Sequence record: DRR378314_123
Direction: 5' to 3' (one strand)
Length of the DNA: 64,000 nucleotides
The notes beneath the pieces are model-generated. The model saw nothing but the letters and a program-made list of their open reading frames with translations. It ran no database searches and was not told the origin of the DNA. Both the position numbers and the translations under genes were made by a program. Below, one piece after another: positions 17,942-27,271 of the stretch; within the stretch, counting starts at the first letter, position 1; every line of letters starts with the position of its first letter.

Positions 17942-20900
17942 TCATGCGCCGCTGGACGAATCGGTGGCAGCCGGTCTGATTTTCCGCCCTACTTTGTCTC
18001 CCAGCACGAGCAGGGCTGGAGTCAGCAACAATGTAAGCACCGTCGCGAACGCCAGCCCGCCTGCGATGGCACTGGATAACTGGGTCCACCATTGCGTGGA
18101 CGGAGCACCGATGCCGAGAGAGGGCGTCAGGAGATCCACGTTGACCCCGAGCACCATGGGCATTAACCCGAGTATGGTCGTGATGGCCGTTAGCAATACG
18201 GGCCGCAAACGCAGACATCCGGTTTCCAACGCGGCCTCGAAGGCCGCCATACCGCTTTTTCGCATCTGATTGTAGGTGTCGATCAGAATAATGTTGTTGT
18301 TCACGACGATGCCCGCGAGGGCAATGATGCCCATACCCACCATCACAATTCCGAACGACTGCCCGTTCAGCAGTAAACCGAGCAATACGCCTGCTGTTGA
18401 AAGCACAATGGCCGACAGAATGAGCATGGTCTGGTAAAGCGAGTTGAACTGGGTCACCAGGATCAACAGCATCAACGCGATGGCCACCAGGAAGGCTGAT
18501 GCCAGGAAATTCGAGGCCTGTTGCTGGTCCTCGTTTTCCCCGGCAAATCGTAAGGATATACCCTCAGGGGTTTCAGGCATTTTCTGCTGCAGTGACTTAA
18601 GCAGTTCGTCCACCCGGCGGCCTGGCTCGATGTCAGACTTGATTGTGATAGTGCGCTGCCCATCCACCCGGGTAATACTGCCGGTCTTGTCACCTGGCTG
18701 CAGTTCGACGAATTCAGACAACGGCACCTGCCCACGGCTGGTGTTGATGGTCTGGCGCTGGAACTGATCCAGTTCCCGCCAGTTATTGGGCACCCTCACG
18801 GCAATGTCGACTTCGTCGCGCACGTCCTCGGGGCGATAGGTGGCAAGCACCAGACCGTTGGTGATCAGCCGCACCGCACTACCCACGCTGAGCACATCAG
18901 AGCCAAACCGAGCCGCAGCGGAGCGATCAACATTCAGACGCCACTCAATGCCCGGCAGACTGCGATCGTCTTCGACATCCACAAACCCGTCAATATCAGA
19001 CATACGATCACGGACAAGATCAACATAATGCTCCAGTTGGTCGCGATCCATGCTGCTGACCATAAGCTCAATCGGCTTGCCATCCGCGGGGCCGCCCTCC
19101 TGCTTGCGAAACTCCAGTTCGATACCAGGAATATCAGCGGTGCGGGTACGGAAATCCTCCAGTATCTGCGTGGCCGACCGGCGCTCAAACCAGTCCGTAA
19201 ACTGGAACTGCAGTACCCCGATCACGTCTGGCGCCATCTGGTTGCCCGGGCTGATCATTGAGCGGGCGTAGAGCGCTTTGACTTCCGGCATCCCCTGTAA
19301 GCGTTGCTCCACCTGGCGAACGATGGCGTCGCGCTCGTGCACCGACAGATCACCCCTCGCCCTGACCTGTACCTGCGCGGAGTCCGGTTCCACACTTGGG
19401 AAAAACTCCACACCATAGTTGAACTTGCCGTAGGCCACATAGATCACCACGACAACGCCAAGCACGCCAAGCAGGGTAAACCCCGGTTTGGCGAGCAACC
19501 GCCCAAGTACGCCACGGTACAGATCTGTCATCCGGCCGCTGATTTCTGCCTGGGCGCGGCGCTTACCGCCGCTGATGCTGCCAAGGACGGGCAGAAAGAC
19601 CAGGGCCATGGCCAACGATGCGGTCAGACAGATAATGACGGTGGTCGGCAAGAATTTCATGAACTCGCCAACCACACCGGGCCAGAACAGCAGGGGGATG
19701 AAAACCGCGAGCGTGGTAGCGGTGGACGCGATGATGGGCCAGGCCATGCGGCTGGCCGCCTCACCCCATGCAGACTTCACGCTCTGGCCTTCAGAGAGGT
19801 TCCTGTCGGCAAGCTCGGACACCACGATTGCCCCGTCAACCAGCATGCCAGCGACCAATATGAGGCTGAACAGAACCACAATGTTCAGGGTAAAGCCCAT
19901 ACCCCAGATCACCAGGATACCGGTCAGGAACGCACCTGGAATGGTAAGACCCACAAGCACGGCAGAACGCGGCCCCATGGCGGCAATGATCAGGACGATG
20001 ACCAGCACGATGGCGGTAAGCACATTGTTGAGCAGGTCACTAAGAATGTCCCGAACCTCACCGGATTGGTCCATGATGTAGCGAACTTCCAGCTCATCGG
20101 GCAGCTGTGGCCCCGCGCTTTCAATCAGCGCTTTCACCTTCTCCACCGTTTCGATGATGTTGGAACCGGTGCGCTTGGAGATTTCCAGAACCACCGCAGG
20201 CTCACCATTGATCCTTGCGAATCCCCGCGGGTCCTTGAAGGTTCGCTGAAGCATTGCCACGTCCCCAAACGTCACAACGGTATCTCCGCCAACCTTCACC
20301 GGCATGGACATGACATCTTCCACGGATTCAATAACGCCCGGAACCTTCATCGTCATTCGGCCCGCGCCGGTGTCCAGGCTGCCGGCGGCCACCAGCTGAT
20401 TGTTGCGGGTGACCAGCGTGGCCAGTTGATCAAAGTCGACGCCATAGCTTTCGAGCACCTGGGGATCAACCACGATTTCGAGCAGATCTTCACGGTCGCC
20501 GCCGATCTCCACTTCCAGAACTTCCGGTATGCCTTCGATGGCGTCCTGTAAACGCCGGGCGATCGTAACCAACTCCCGCTCGGACAGCGGTCCAGACAGG
20601 CCGACGGACATCACCGGAAAGAGCGCTACGTTGATTTCGTTTACGCGTGGCTCATCCGCCTCCTGTGGCAGTTTACTGCGGGCCGTATCCACTTTCTCTC
20701 GAACGTCCTGGAGCGCCAGGTCGGGGTCAAAACCGGCATCAAATTCCAGCATCACCGAGGCATGCCCCTCCGACGCCGTGCCCCGCATTTCCTTGACCCC
20801 CTCCAGCGACCGCAGCTCCTGCTCCATGGGCCGTATTAGCAAGCGCTCAGCATCTTCCGGGCTGATACCCTCCAGCGTCATGGAGACGTAAATCATCGGA

Positions 20901-21028
20901 ATGGTGATGTCCGGGTTTGCTTCCTTGGGGATAGTCTGGAAGGCGGCGATCCCCCCCAGAATAAGAAATGCCAGTGTCAGGAGTGTGGTTCGGCTACGGT
21001 CGAGGGCAGCGAAAATCAGGGTTCGCAT
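17942..21028 (-). CDS. RND efflux permease (AcrB/AcrD/AcrF family)
   Basis: 1028 aa; GMLVDGAIVV, GIVVNNNIILID and RLRPVLLTAITT. Confidence 0.95.
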   Translation of the reverse strand: MRTLIFAALDRSRTTLLTLAFLILGGIAAFQTIPKEANPDITIPMIYVSMTLEGISPEDAERLLIRPMEQELRSLEGVKEMRGTASEGHASVMLEFDAGFDPDLALQDVREKVDTARSKLPQEADEPRVNEINVALFPVMSVGLSGPLSERELVTIARRLQDAIEGIPEVLEVEIGGDREDLLEIVVDPQVLESYGVDFDQLATLVTRNNQLVAAGSLDTGAGRMTMKVPGVIESVEDVMSMPVKVGGDTVVTFGDVAMLQRTFKDPRGFARINGEPAVVLEISKRTGSNIIETVEKVKALIESAGPQLPDELEVRYIMDQSGEVRDILSDLLNNVLTAIVLVIVLIIAAMGPRSAVLVGLTIPGAFLTGILVIWGMGFTLNIVVLFSLILVAGMLVDGAIVVSELADRNLSEGQSVKSAWGEAASRMAWPIIASTATTLAVFIPLLFWPGVVGEFMKFLPTTVIICLTASLAMALVFLPVLGSISGGKRRAQAEISGRMTDLYRGVLGRLLAKPGFTLLGVLGVVVVIYVAYGKFNYGVEFFPSVEPDSAQVQVRARGDLSVHERDAIVRQVEQRLQGMPEVKALYARSMISPGNQMAPDVIGVLQFQFTDWFERRSATQILEDFRTRTADIPGIELEFRKQEGGPADGKPIELMVSSMDRDQLEHYVDLVRDRMSDIDGFVDVEDDRSLPGIEWRLNVDRSAAARFGSDVLSVGSAVRLITNGLVLATYRPEDVRDEVDIAVRVPNNWRELDQFQRQTINTSRGQVPLSEFVELQPGDKTGSITRVDGQRTITIKSDIEPGRRVDELLKSLQQKMPETPEGISLRFAGENEDQQQASNFLASAFLVAIALMLLILVTQFNSLYQTMLILSAIVLSTAGVLLGLLLNGQSFGIVMVGMGIIALAGIVVNNNIILIDTYNQMRKSGMAAFEAALETGCLRLRPVLLTAITTILGLMPMVLGVNVDLLTPSLGIGAPSTQWWTQLSSAIAGGLAFATVLTLLLTPALLVLGDKVGRKIRPAATDSSSGA

Positions 21029-21033
21029 GTCGG

Positions 21034-22116
21034 TCAGCCCCGGTCCGAGTCACGATCGACAGGACGTACTTGCTGCCCGATGGACACGAACCCCGCTCCC
21101 CGGGTGATCAACCGGATTTCCTCCGGAAGGCCGGTAACCCAGGCGCCGTCCGTTGTGACGCTCAGAAGTTTGACCGTGGTAAACACCACTTCGTTATTGT
21201 CACCCACATAGCGAACGCCTGGCCGGCCATCGTCTCCAAGACTGAGATAGGCCGGCGAAATGAACATCGCCTCCACTTCCGGCAAGGCAATGCGCAACGT
21301 GGCACTCCCGCCGGCAACCCGCTTACGCTCAGGGTTGTCCACGGCCACTTCCACCGCAAAACTGCGGGTGTCCGGGTCCGCCGCGCTGGCCACGAAACTC
21401 ACCACGCCTTCGAGGCTGTCGCCATCCAGCGTGCGGATAGTGACCGACTGCCCCTCCTGAACGGCGCCCACCGACTGTTGCGGAATCTGGCCTGTCGCTT
21501 TCAATCGATCGACGCGCACCAACTCCAGCAGCGATGACCCGACCTGAACAAGATCGCCAAGATCGACATCCCGACGGTTCACCGTTCCCTCAAACGGAGC
21601 ACGTGGCCTGAGGTTGTCAACGGCGAGCCGAGCCTGGGCAAGTTCCGCCCTGGCCGCGGAAAGTTCGCTTTGCAGCGTCAACACTTCGGATTCAGAGGTC
21701 AGATTCCGGGCGCGAAGTTTCTGCGCAGCTGAAAGATCAGCCTCCAGCTTGCGGATGCGGGATTGCCATTGTTCTATCGCGGTGCGGCGTCCATCCTCCG
21801 ACAGACGCAGCAGGACATCCCCGGCGTTAACCCGGGCACCCTGCTCCACCATCAGTTCTTCCACCGTGCCGGCTACCCGCGCGCCAACCGCCACGGTTCG
21901 CCAGGGTTCCAGTTGTCCCTGTAGCATCAAACCAGGCTCGTAGGGGCGTGCCCGCAACACGTCCACCTGCACGGACGGCGCACTGGTTTTCTCCTCCGGT
22001 ATGTCCTCCGGCGCTTCCTCCCGAGCTTCCTTGACCTCACCCGTGGCCATCCAAACCACTAGCAATATCATCACCAGAAAGGACAGGCCGATAGATCCCA
22101 GTTTTGCTTTCGTCAT
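21034..22116 (-). CDS. RND periplasmic adaptor (MFP)
   Basis: N-terminal anchor, lipoyl-like halves, coiled coil, RAPFEG and ADPDTRSF. Confidence 0.93.
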   Translation of the reverse strand: MTKAKLGSIGLSFLVMILLVVWMATGEVKEAREEAPEDIPEEKTSAPSVQVDVLRARPYEPGLMLQGQLEPWRTVAVGARVAGTVEELMVEQGARVNAGDVLLRLSEDGRRTAIEQWQSRIRKLEADLSAAQKLRARNLTSESEVLTLQSELSAARAELAQARLAVDNLRPRAPFEGTVNRRDVDLGDLVQVGSSLLELVRVDRLKATGQIPQQSVGAVQEGQSVTIRTLDGDSLEGVVSFVASAADPDTRSFAVEVAVDNPERKRVAGGSATLRIALPEVEAMFISPAYLSLGDDGRPGVRYVGDNNEVVFTTVKLLSVTTDGAWVTGLPEEIRLITRGAGFVSIGQQVRPVDRDSDRG

Positions 22117-22279
22117 TGATCGCTCACCGATTGAAACGGATGGTCATAAAGTCCCGGGCCCAGGTATCTGTATTAAGTACCTGTATAAAAAACTGCCAGA
22201 AAACGGTTGCATCGGGTTATTTTCGTGGGGTAGATTCTACACATAAATTCTTTATAGATTCAGAGTTGATACCGATTTT

Positions 22280-22372
22280 ATGAATCTCAACGCAGTGGTT
22301 GTCCTTGTGAAGCTAGTCTTGGTGGTCGTGGTACCGTCCGGGGGCTTCTGCGTGGACAAGCGGGTGAGATAG
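22280..22372 (+). CDS. ilvL: ilv operon leader (attenuator) peptide MNLNAVVVLVKLVLVVVVPSGGFCVDKRVR*
   Basis: 30-aa ORF with 11 Val and 4 Leu codons directly upstream of the terminator and ilvG. Not in the ORF track. Confidence 0.88.
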   Translation: MNLNAVVVLVKLVLVVVVPSGGFCVDKRVR

Positions 22373-22432
22373 AAACAAACTCGACGAACACACGAAGCCC
22401 CCGGCACCGAAAGGTCCCGGGGGCTTTTTTTT
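22338..22432 (+). terminator. ilv attenuator terminator/antiterminator
   Basis: Stem AAGCCCCCGG (22395-22404) / CCGGGGGCTT (22417-22426) followed by a T-tract. The competing CCGGGGGCTTC at 22338-22348 in the leader pairs with 22394-22404. Confidence 0.92.
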
Positions 22433-22457
22433 GCAGCAGAGAAAGGGAATAACGACC

Positions 22458-24152
22458 ATGAACGGCGCACAGCACATACTCGACGCGTTCCACCGCCATG
22501 ACATCAGCACGGTGTTCGGTTATCCGGGCGGCTGCATCATGCCGCTATACGATGCGCTGGTGGACGATGTGGGTGTGGAGCACGTGCTGTGTCGACATGA
22601 ACAGGCTTGCGCCCTGGCCGCTGACGGCTACGCCCGAGCCAGCGGCAATCTTGGGGTGTGCATCGCCACTTCGGGCCCCGGCGCCACCAATCTGATCACC
22701 GGCGTTGCCAACGCCCACCGGGACTCCATCCCCATGCTGGTCATCACCGGCCAGGTTCCCTCGGGCCTGATTGGCACCGACGCTTTCCAGGAAACCGACG
22801 TTCTGGGCATGACATTGGGCATTGTTAAACACAGCTACCTGGTTGACGACGCAGACAGCCTGCCCGCAATCATGGAAGAGGCCATCGAACTGGCGCAGAG
22901 CGGTCGGCCGGGACCGGTGTGGATTGATGTTCCCAAGGACCTGTTGCTGAGCGAGGTAGCCGATGCGCCCTTTCCTCAACCCGAGCCCCGTGAAGCGGCT
23001 TCGGCAGACCTGACGGGAGCGCTGGCGATGCTGAGCGCCGCCCGCAAGCCCCTGCTCTATTCTGGTGGCGGCATCAGCCTGGCCAACGCCGAGGACAGTT
23101 TCCGCACCTTCGCCGAGGCCTCCGCCCTGCCGGCCGTTGTTACCCTCAAGGGCATCGGCAACCCGGGCAAGCACAACCCCTATAATCTGGGAATGCTGGG
23201 CATGCATGGCTCTCGGGCCGCCAACAAAGCGGTGGATGAGTGCGACCTGTTGCTGGTTATCGGAGCCCGCCTGGACGACCGTGCCACTGGCAACCTGGAC
23301 GGTTTCGCCCCCAACGCGAAGACGATCCACATTGACGCCGATGCCGCTGAGATCAACAAACTGCGCTCCGCCGATCTGGCCATCCGCGGCGACTTGAACG
23401 GCATCCTGAATTCGCTGACCAAGGCTTTGCAAGCTGGGCCTTTGGCCATCAGCGACTGGCAGAAGCAATGCCGCACCTGGTACACCACCGGCGGCTTCCA
23501 CGCTGCGGATAACGAAGAACCTCTGGCCCCCATCACCGGCCCAGCCTTTGTCCGCCAACTCTCTCGGATCGCGCCGGACGATACCGTCATTGCCTGCGAC
23601 GTCGGCCAACACCAGATGTGGGTGGCCCAGCACTATGAGTTCGACCACCCTCGCCATCACCTCACCAGCGGCGGCCTGGGCACCATGGGCTTTGGCCTGC
23701 CCGCCGCTATCGGTGCCCAATTTGCGGACCGCAACAGCACGGTGATCAACGTGACGGGCGACGGCTCGTTCATGATGAACGCCCAGGAACTGGCCACCAT
23801 CCGACGCTACAACCTGCCGGTGAAACTGATCGTGATGGACAACCAATGCCTGGGCATGGTGCGCCAGCAGCAGGAGCTGTTCTACGGCAACCGTGAAAGC
23901 CAGATCAACCTGGACGACAACCCGGACTTCGTCGCCATGGCCCGCGCCTTCGACATCCCGGCGCTGCATATCGAACGCACTGACCAGATCCGCCGTGGCA
24001 TCGAAACCATCCTGGCCTTCAACGGCCCGATGCTGTTGCACGTGGCTATCAGCCGTGAGGAAAACGTCTGGCCCATCGTCAAACCCGGCGCCAGCAATCG
24101 CGAAATGATCGACGAAACCCGACGCACCGACAACAAGGAACACGTTGCATGA
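22458..24152 (+). CDS. ilvG: Acetolactate synthase II large subunit
   Basis: MNGAQ..VFGYPGG, RHEQ, ATSGPGATN, DVGQHQMW, TSGGLGTMGFG and GDGSFMMN. Confidence 0.95.
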   Translation: MNGAQHILDAFHRHDISTVFGYPGGCIMPLYDALVDDVGVEHVLCRHEQACALAADGYARASGNLGVCIATSGPGATNLITGVANAHRDSIPMLVITGQVPSGLIGTDAFQETDVLGMTLGIVKHSYLVDDADSLPAIMEEAIELAQSGRPGPVWIDVPKDLLLSEVADAPFPQPEPREAASADLTGALAMLSAARKPLLYSGGGISLANAEDSFRTFAEASALPAVVTLKGIGNPGKHNPYNLGMLGMHGSRAANKAVDECDLLLVIGARLDDRATGNLDGFAPNAKTIHIDADAAEINKLRSADLAIRGDLNGILNSLTKALQAGPLAISDWQKQCRTWYTTGGFHAADNEEPLAPITGPAFVRQLSRIAPDDTVIACDVGQHQMWVAQHYEFDHPRHHLTSGGLGTMGFGLPAAIGAQFADRNSTVINVTGDGSFMMNAQELATIRRYNLPVKLIVMDNQCLGMVRQQQELFYGNRESQINLDDNPDFVAMARAFDIPALHIERTDQIRRGIETILAFNGPMLLHVAISREENVWPIVKPGASNREMIDETRRTDNKEHVA

Positions 24153-24427
24153 AACCGCAAAGCCAGCCCTCAACCCCGAGCTACAAAATCAACTGCCGCA
24201 TGTCACAGGAAGCTGCAGCCCTGGAGCGTCTCTGCCAGGTGATCCGCATTCGCGGGTTCCGCATCGCAACGATGGCGGTGGAGTCCGCCGGGGAGCATCT
24301 CGATATCACCCTGACCCTGGAGGGAACCCGGCCGATTACCATGCTCCAGTCGCAACTGGAAAAGCTGCATACGGTGGCTGAGGTTGCCCTTGGTCAGGCT
24401 TCAGGCGTTCGGTCTCGGACCGCTTAG
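24149..24427 (+). CDS. ilvM: Acetolactate synthase II small subunit (ACT domain)
   Basis: ALERLCQVIRIRGF and RPITMLQSQLEKL. ATGA overlap with ilvG. Confidence 0.88.
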   Translation: MKPQSQPSTPSYKINCRMSQEAAALERLCQVIRIRGFRIATMAVESAGEHLDITLTLEGTRPITMLQSQLEKLHTVAEVALGQASGVRSRTA

Positions 24428-24469
24428 CTGGGAGTTGGTTTCTTGTTTGAAGCCTGCCGGTTGTGGGGC

Positions 24470-24568
24470 GGGCTTGCGTGGTGGCATCTGGATTTTCTTG
24501 AAAAAGAACTCGCTTCGCTCAGACATCTTTTTCTGGCGAAAAACCCAGATACCACCCCGCGCCGAGCT
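24470..24568. repeat. About 100-bp imperfect palindromic intergenic element (REP/MITE-like)
   Basis: Outer arms GGTGGCATCTGGATTTTC (24480-97) / GAAAAACCCAGATACCACC (24538-56), inner arms GAAAAAGA / TCTTTTTC, loop ACTCGCTTCGCTCAGACA. Confidence 0.7.
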
Positions 24569-24686
24569 GACTACAGCGAAATCGCGAAGAAAAGAAAAAT
24601 ACGAGCGGAAAGGCCGATCAGGCGTTATCGGGAATCCCATTCACGTGCATGCCTACTCGACCTTCGTACCACTGAGCTGCACGTCG

Positions 24687-24794
24687 ATAGGGCAGGAACT
24701 TCCCGCTCATGGTGACCACAACGCGGTCACCCTTGGGGTTCTCTTCCTTGTCGATATCCATGGTGAAATCAATGGCACTCATGATGCCGTCGCC
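24687..24794 (-). pseudogene. cynS: Cyanase C-terminal remnant (36 aa)
   Basis: Translates to [36 protein letters not shown], the conserved cyanase C-terminus. In-frame stop at 24818-24816 upstream; no N-terminus. Confidence 0.88.
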
Positions 24795-24799
24795 GTAGC

Positions 24800-24931
24800 G
24801 ACGATGGCGCTGCCGTTATGCTGGGCATGAAACCCACAACCCTGTCATCGCGGCTGAAGAAACTGAAAATTGACCCCGCCGGTTTCAGGCCCCGTCCTGG
24901 TGAATCCCCAGTTGAGCCAGGGCATAGGTGA
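24800..24931 (+). pseudogene. C-terminal Fis-type HTH remnant of a sigma-54 activator (FhlA/CynF-like)
   Basis: [25 protein letters not shown]. The frame is closed upstream by TGA at 24782-24784. Confidence 0.8.
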
Positions 24932-26228
24932 GTACCAACCAGAGAACCATCAGCAGCGGCAGGTAACGCCCCACAAGGTATATTCGCCATTCCCACCAGC
25001 GACTCTCGGTACCAAGTACCGTGCGTATGCGTTGAGGCGGAATGAACCAGCAGAACAATGCAGCGCCCAGCACACCGGAGAAAATAATCACATTTCCGCC
25101 GGCAATCCGGTCTACCACATCAAGAACCGGTTCACCGGCAATTGTCCACTCCATTGGGGTAAAACTGAGCGCCGACGCGGTACCTATGGTCAGCATTGCC
25201 AGCGTAACAATGGCAACCGCAGTCCCATTGCTGAGCCGGAACTCTTCAGCTACGGCGGCAATTATCACTTTGAGTCCCGCCAGGCTGGAACTGAACGCCG
25301 CAGCGAAAAATAGGCCAAAGAACAGGATGCCAACCCAATAACCGCCGGCCATATCCTCGAACACCCGAGGCATGGTCACAAACGCCAGCTGGCTGCCTTC
25401 GGTGGGCTCAAGCCCGTAACTGAATACAAAGGGAAAGATCATCCAGCCCGCCAGCAAAGCAACACTGGTCTCTGTACCGGCAACAATCAGACAAGCGCGG
25501 GGAACGTGCGTCTGGCGGGGAATAAAACTGCCGTAGGTAACCAGATAACCCTGCCCGATGGCCAGGGTGTAGAACGCCTGCCCGAAAGCGAAGGCCCATA
25601 GCTTGCCATCGGCCACCCGACTCCAGTCCACCTGAAAGAAGAAATCCTTGGTCTGCGCCCACCCGGGGGTCGAACTGGCGAACACCACCAACCCTATGAT
25701 CACCACCAGCAATACCGGCATCAGAATCTTCGAGAGCCATTCAATGGCTCCGACGTCCTTCGCCAGTACCAGGGCGGCCAGAAGGGTTACTGCAATGAAG
25801 TACCACAACGAGTTGAAACCACCGGTGAACCCGTCAAATACCCGCAAGTCATCCCGGACCGCATCCACCGCATAACCCAGGGTCCAGCCCGTGATAACCA
25901 GGTAGTAGCTGGTGATCGCCATGGTAATCAACACAACGAACCAACCGTACACCACGCCGAACCGGTTTACTTGGCGGTAAGTCTGTACCGTGCTGCCTTT
26001 TGATAGCCGGCCCGCGGATACCTCCAGCATCATGATGGGAAGTACCACCACGATCAGCGCCAGCAGGTAGGCAACAACAAAGGCTCCCCCGCCGTTCTCT
26101 CCAACCATGTAGGGAAATCGCCAGAGATTGCCCAGCCCGACGGCGGCCGCCGCCATGGACGCGACGAAGGCCGGCTCGGAACTCCATTGCTTGCGGGATT
26201 CCTCAACGAATTCGTAACGCCTGGTCAT
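24885..26228 (-). CDS. Sodium-dependent transporter, NSS/SNF family
   Basis: AAVGLGNLWRFPY..ENGGGAF, GQAFYTLAIG..YGSF and AAFSS. ATGA overlap with the upstream gene. Confidence 0.93.
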   Translation of the reverse strand: MTRRYEFVEESRKQWSSEPAFVASMAAAAVGLGNLWRFPYMVGENGGGAFVVAYLLALIVVVLPIMMLEVSAGRLSKGSTVQTYRQVNRFGVVYGWFVVLITMAITSYYLVITGWTLGYAVDAVRDDLRVFDGFTGGFNSLWYFIAVTLLAALVLAKDVGAIEWLSKILMPVLLVVIIGLVVFASSTPGWAQTKDFFFQVDWSRVADGKLWAFAFGQAFYTLAIGQGYLVTYGSFIPRQTHVPRACLIVAGTETSVALLAGWMIFPFVFSYGLEPTEGSQLAFVTMPRVFEDMAGGYWVGILFFGLFFAAAFSSSLAGLKVIIAAVAEEFRLSNGTAVAIVTLAMLTIGTASALSFTPMEWTIAGEPVLDVVDRIAGGNVIIFSGVLGAALFCWFIPPQRIRTVLGTESRWWEWRIYLVGRYLPLLMVLWLVLTYALAQLGIHQDGA

Positions 26229-27271
26229 TCTTCCGGATGCGCGGTCGTGAGAATGTGGGTAAGCCCACCGCAATCCACCATCGGGTCGTCGCAATTGACG
26301 ATGATATCGGCCCGGTTCAGCACGTAACTCTTGCCGGTAATCGTGTTTTCCACGACCTGGTGCTCCCCTTCCTGGCGCACGCCGGTAAATTCGCCAATGA
26401 AGCCGGTTTCCCGCAGCGAAACTGTTTCCAGGCGATCACCCGGGTTGATACGACCCTCGTAGTTCATCAATGCCAGCCGAGCCGAGGTACCCGTGCCGGT
26501 GGTACTCCGGCAAATGACACCGGGGTGCACATAGGTGGCTGATCGGGAGCGATACGAATGATCAGACAATTGTTCCACAGGCCCCATGAAATGGAGGAAG
26601 GGCAAGGGCCCGACATCACCCAGCGTGTAGTGGGAGAAACCACGCTCTGCCTGGATGGCCTCGACTATCTGATAGGCACATTCGCTGAGCTTGCGCTCCT
26701 CATCCAGGGTCAGGGAAAACCCCAGGCTTGTCGCGTCCACCAAGGCATAGAACCCGCCGCTGTAGGCCACGCTGTAGGTGACGTCACCGATGGAAGGCAC
26801 ATGGATGCTGGCCTGGTAGGTGTCGATATAACTGGGCAGTCCGCCACAGGTGATGGCTTCTACAACACCATCCCGGACCAGGGCATCAATGTGAACCAGG
26901 CCCGCAGGTGCTTCCAGGGCGAAGCTCTGCCACCCTTCCCGCTTGGCGACAATACCACTCTCCAGCACCGCCGTGGCGGTGCAGATGGTGTTGGAACCGG
27001 AGTAGATCGGATACCCCATCACTTCCATGATGATGTAGCCAGCGACGGCCTCGGGGTCCGTGGGCGGCACCAGCAGGTCCACGGACATTTCGGGGATACC
27101 GTAGGGTTCTTCCAGTAGCAGCGTACGAAGGCCGTCCGCCTTGTCGCGCAGGTATTCCATCTGGGCTCGCACGGTGTCTCCCGGAAGTGGGCAGATCCCG
27201 CCAGTCACAATCCGGCTTACATCTCCGCCGGCATGGGTATCCATCAGTTGCAGTGTGAGTTCGGGAGGCAT
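26225..27271 (-). CDS. Proline racemase family protein with Ser/Thr-type active site
   Basis: DTHAGGDVSRIV, YPIYSGSNTIC, LEAPAGLV, AYSGGFY and CRSTTGTGTSARLA. Confidence 0.88.
   Translation of the reverse strand: MPPELTLQLMDTHAGGDVSRIVTGGICPLPGDTVRAQMEYLRDKADGLRTLLLEEPYGIPEMSVDLLVPPTDPEAVAGYIIMEVMGYPIYSGSNTICTATAVLESGIVAKREGWQSFALEAPAGLVHIDALVRDGVVEAITCGGLPSYIDTYQASIHVPSIGDVTYSVAYSGGFYALVDATSLGFSLTLDEERKLSECAYQIVEAIQAERGFSHYTLGDVGPLPFLHFMGPVEQLSDHSYRSRSATYVHPGVICRSTTGTGTSARLALMNYEGRINPGDRLETVSLRETGFIGEFTGVRQEGEHQVVENTITGKSYVLNRADIIVNCDDPMVDCGGLTHILTTAHPEE

Noticed and set aside
19304..20551. 415-aa plus-strand ORF
   Set aside because: Antisense to the RND permease, with no motifs.
17942..22116. 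RND pair lacking an outer-membrane factor
   Set aside because: Common arrangement; TolC-like channels are often encoded elsewhere.
22545..24173. 542-aa minus-strand ORF
   Set aside because: Antisense shadow of ilvG, expected from GC-rich codon bias, with no recognisable motifs.
24384..24830. ORFs of 79-148 aa spanning the ilvM-transporter gap
   Set aside because: They run through a palindromic repeat and the antisense of the cynS remnant, so they are better explained by the scar.
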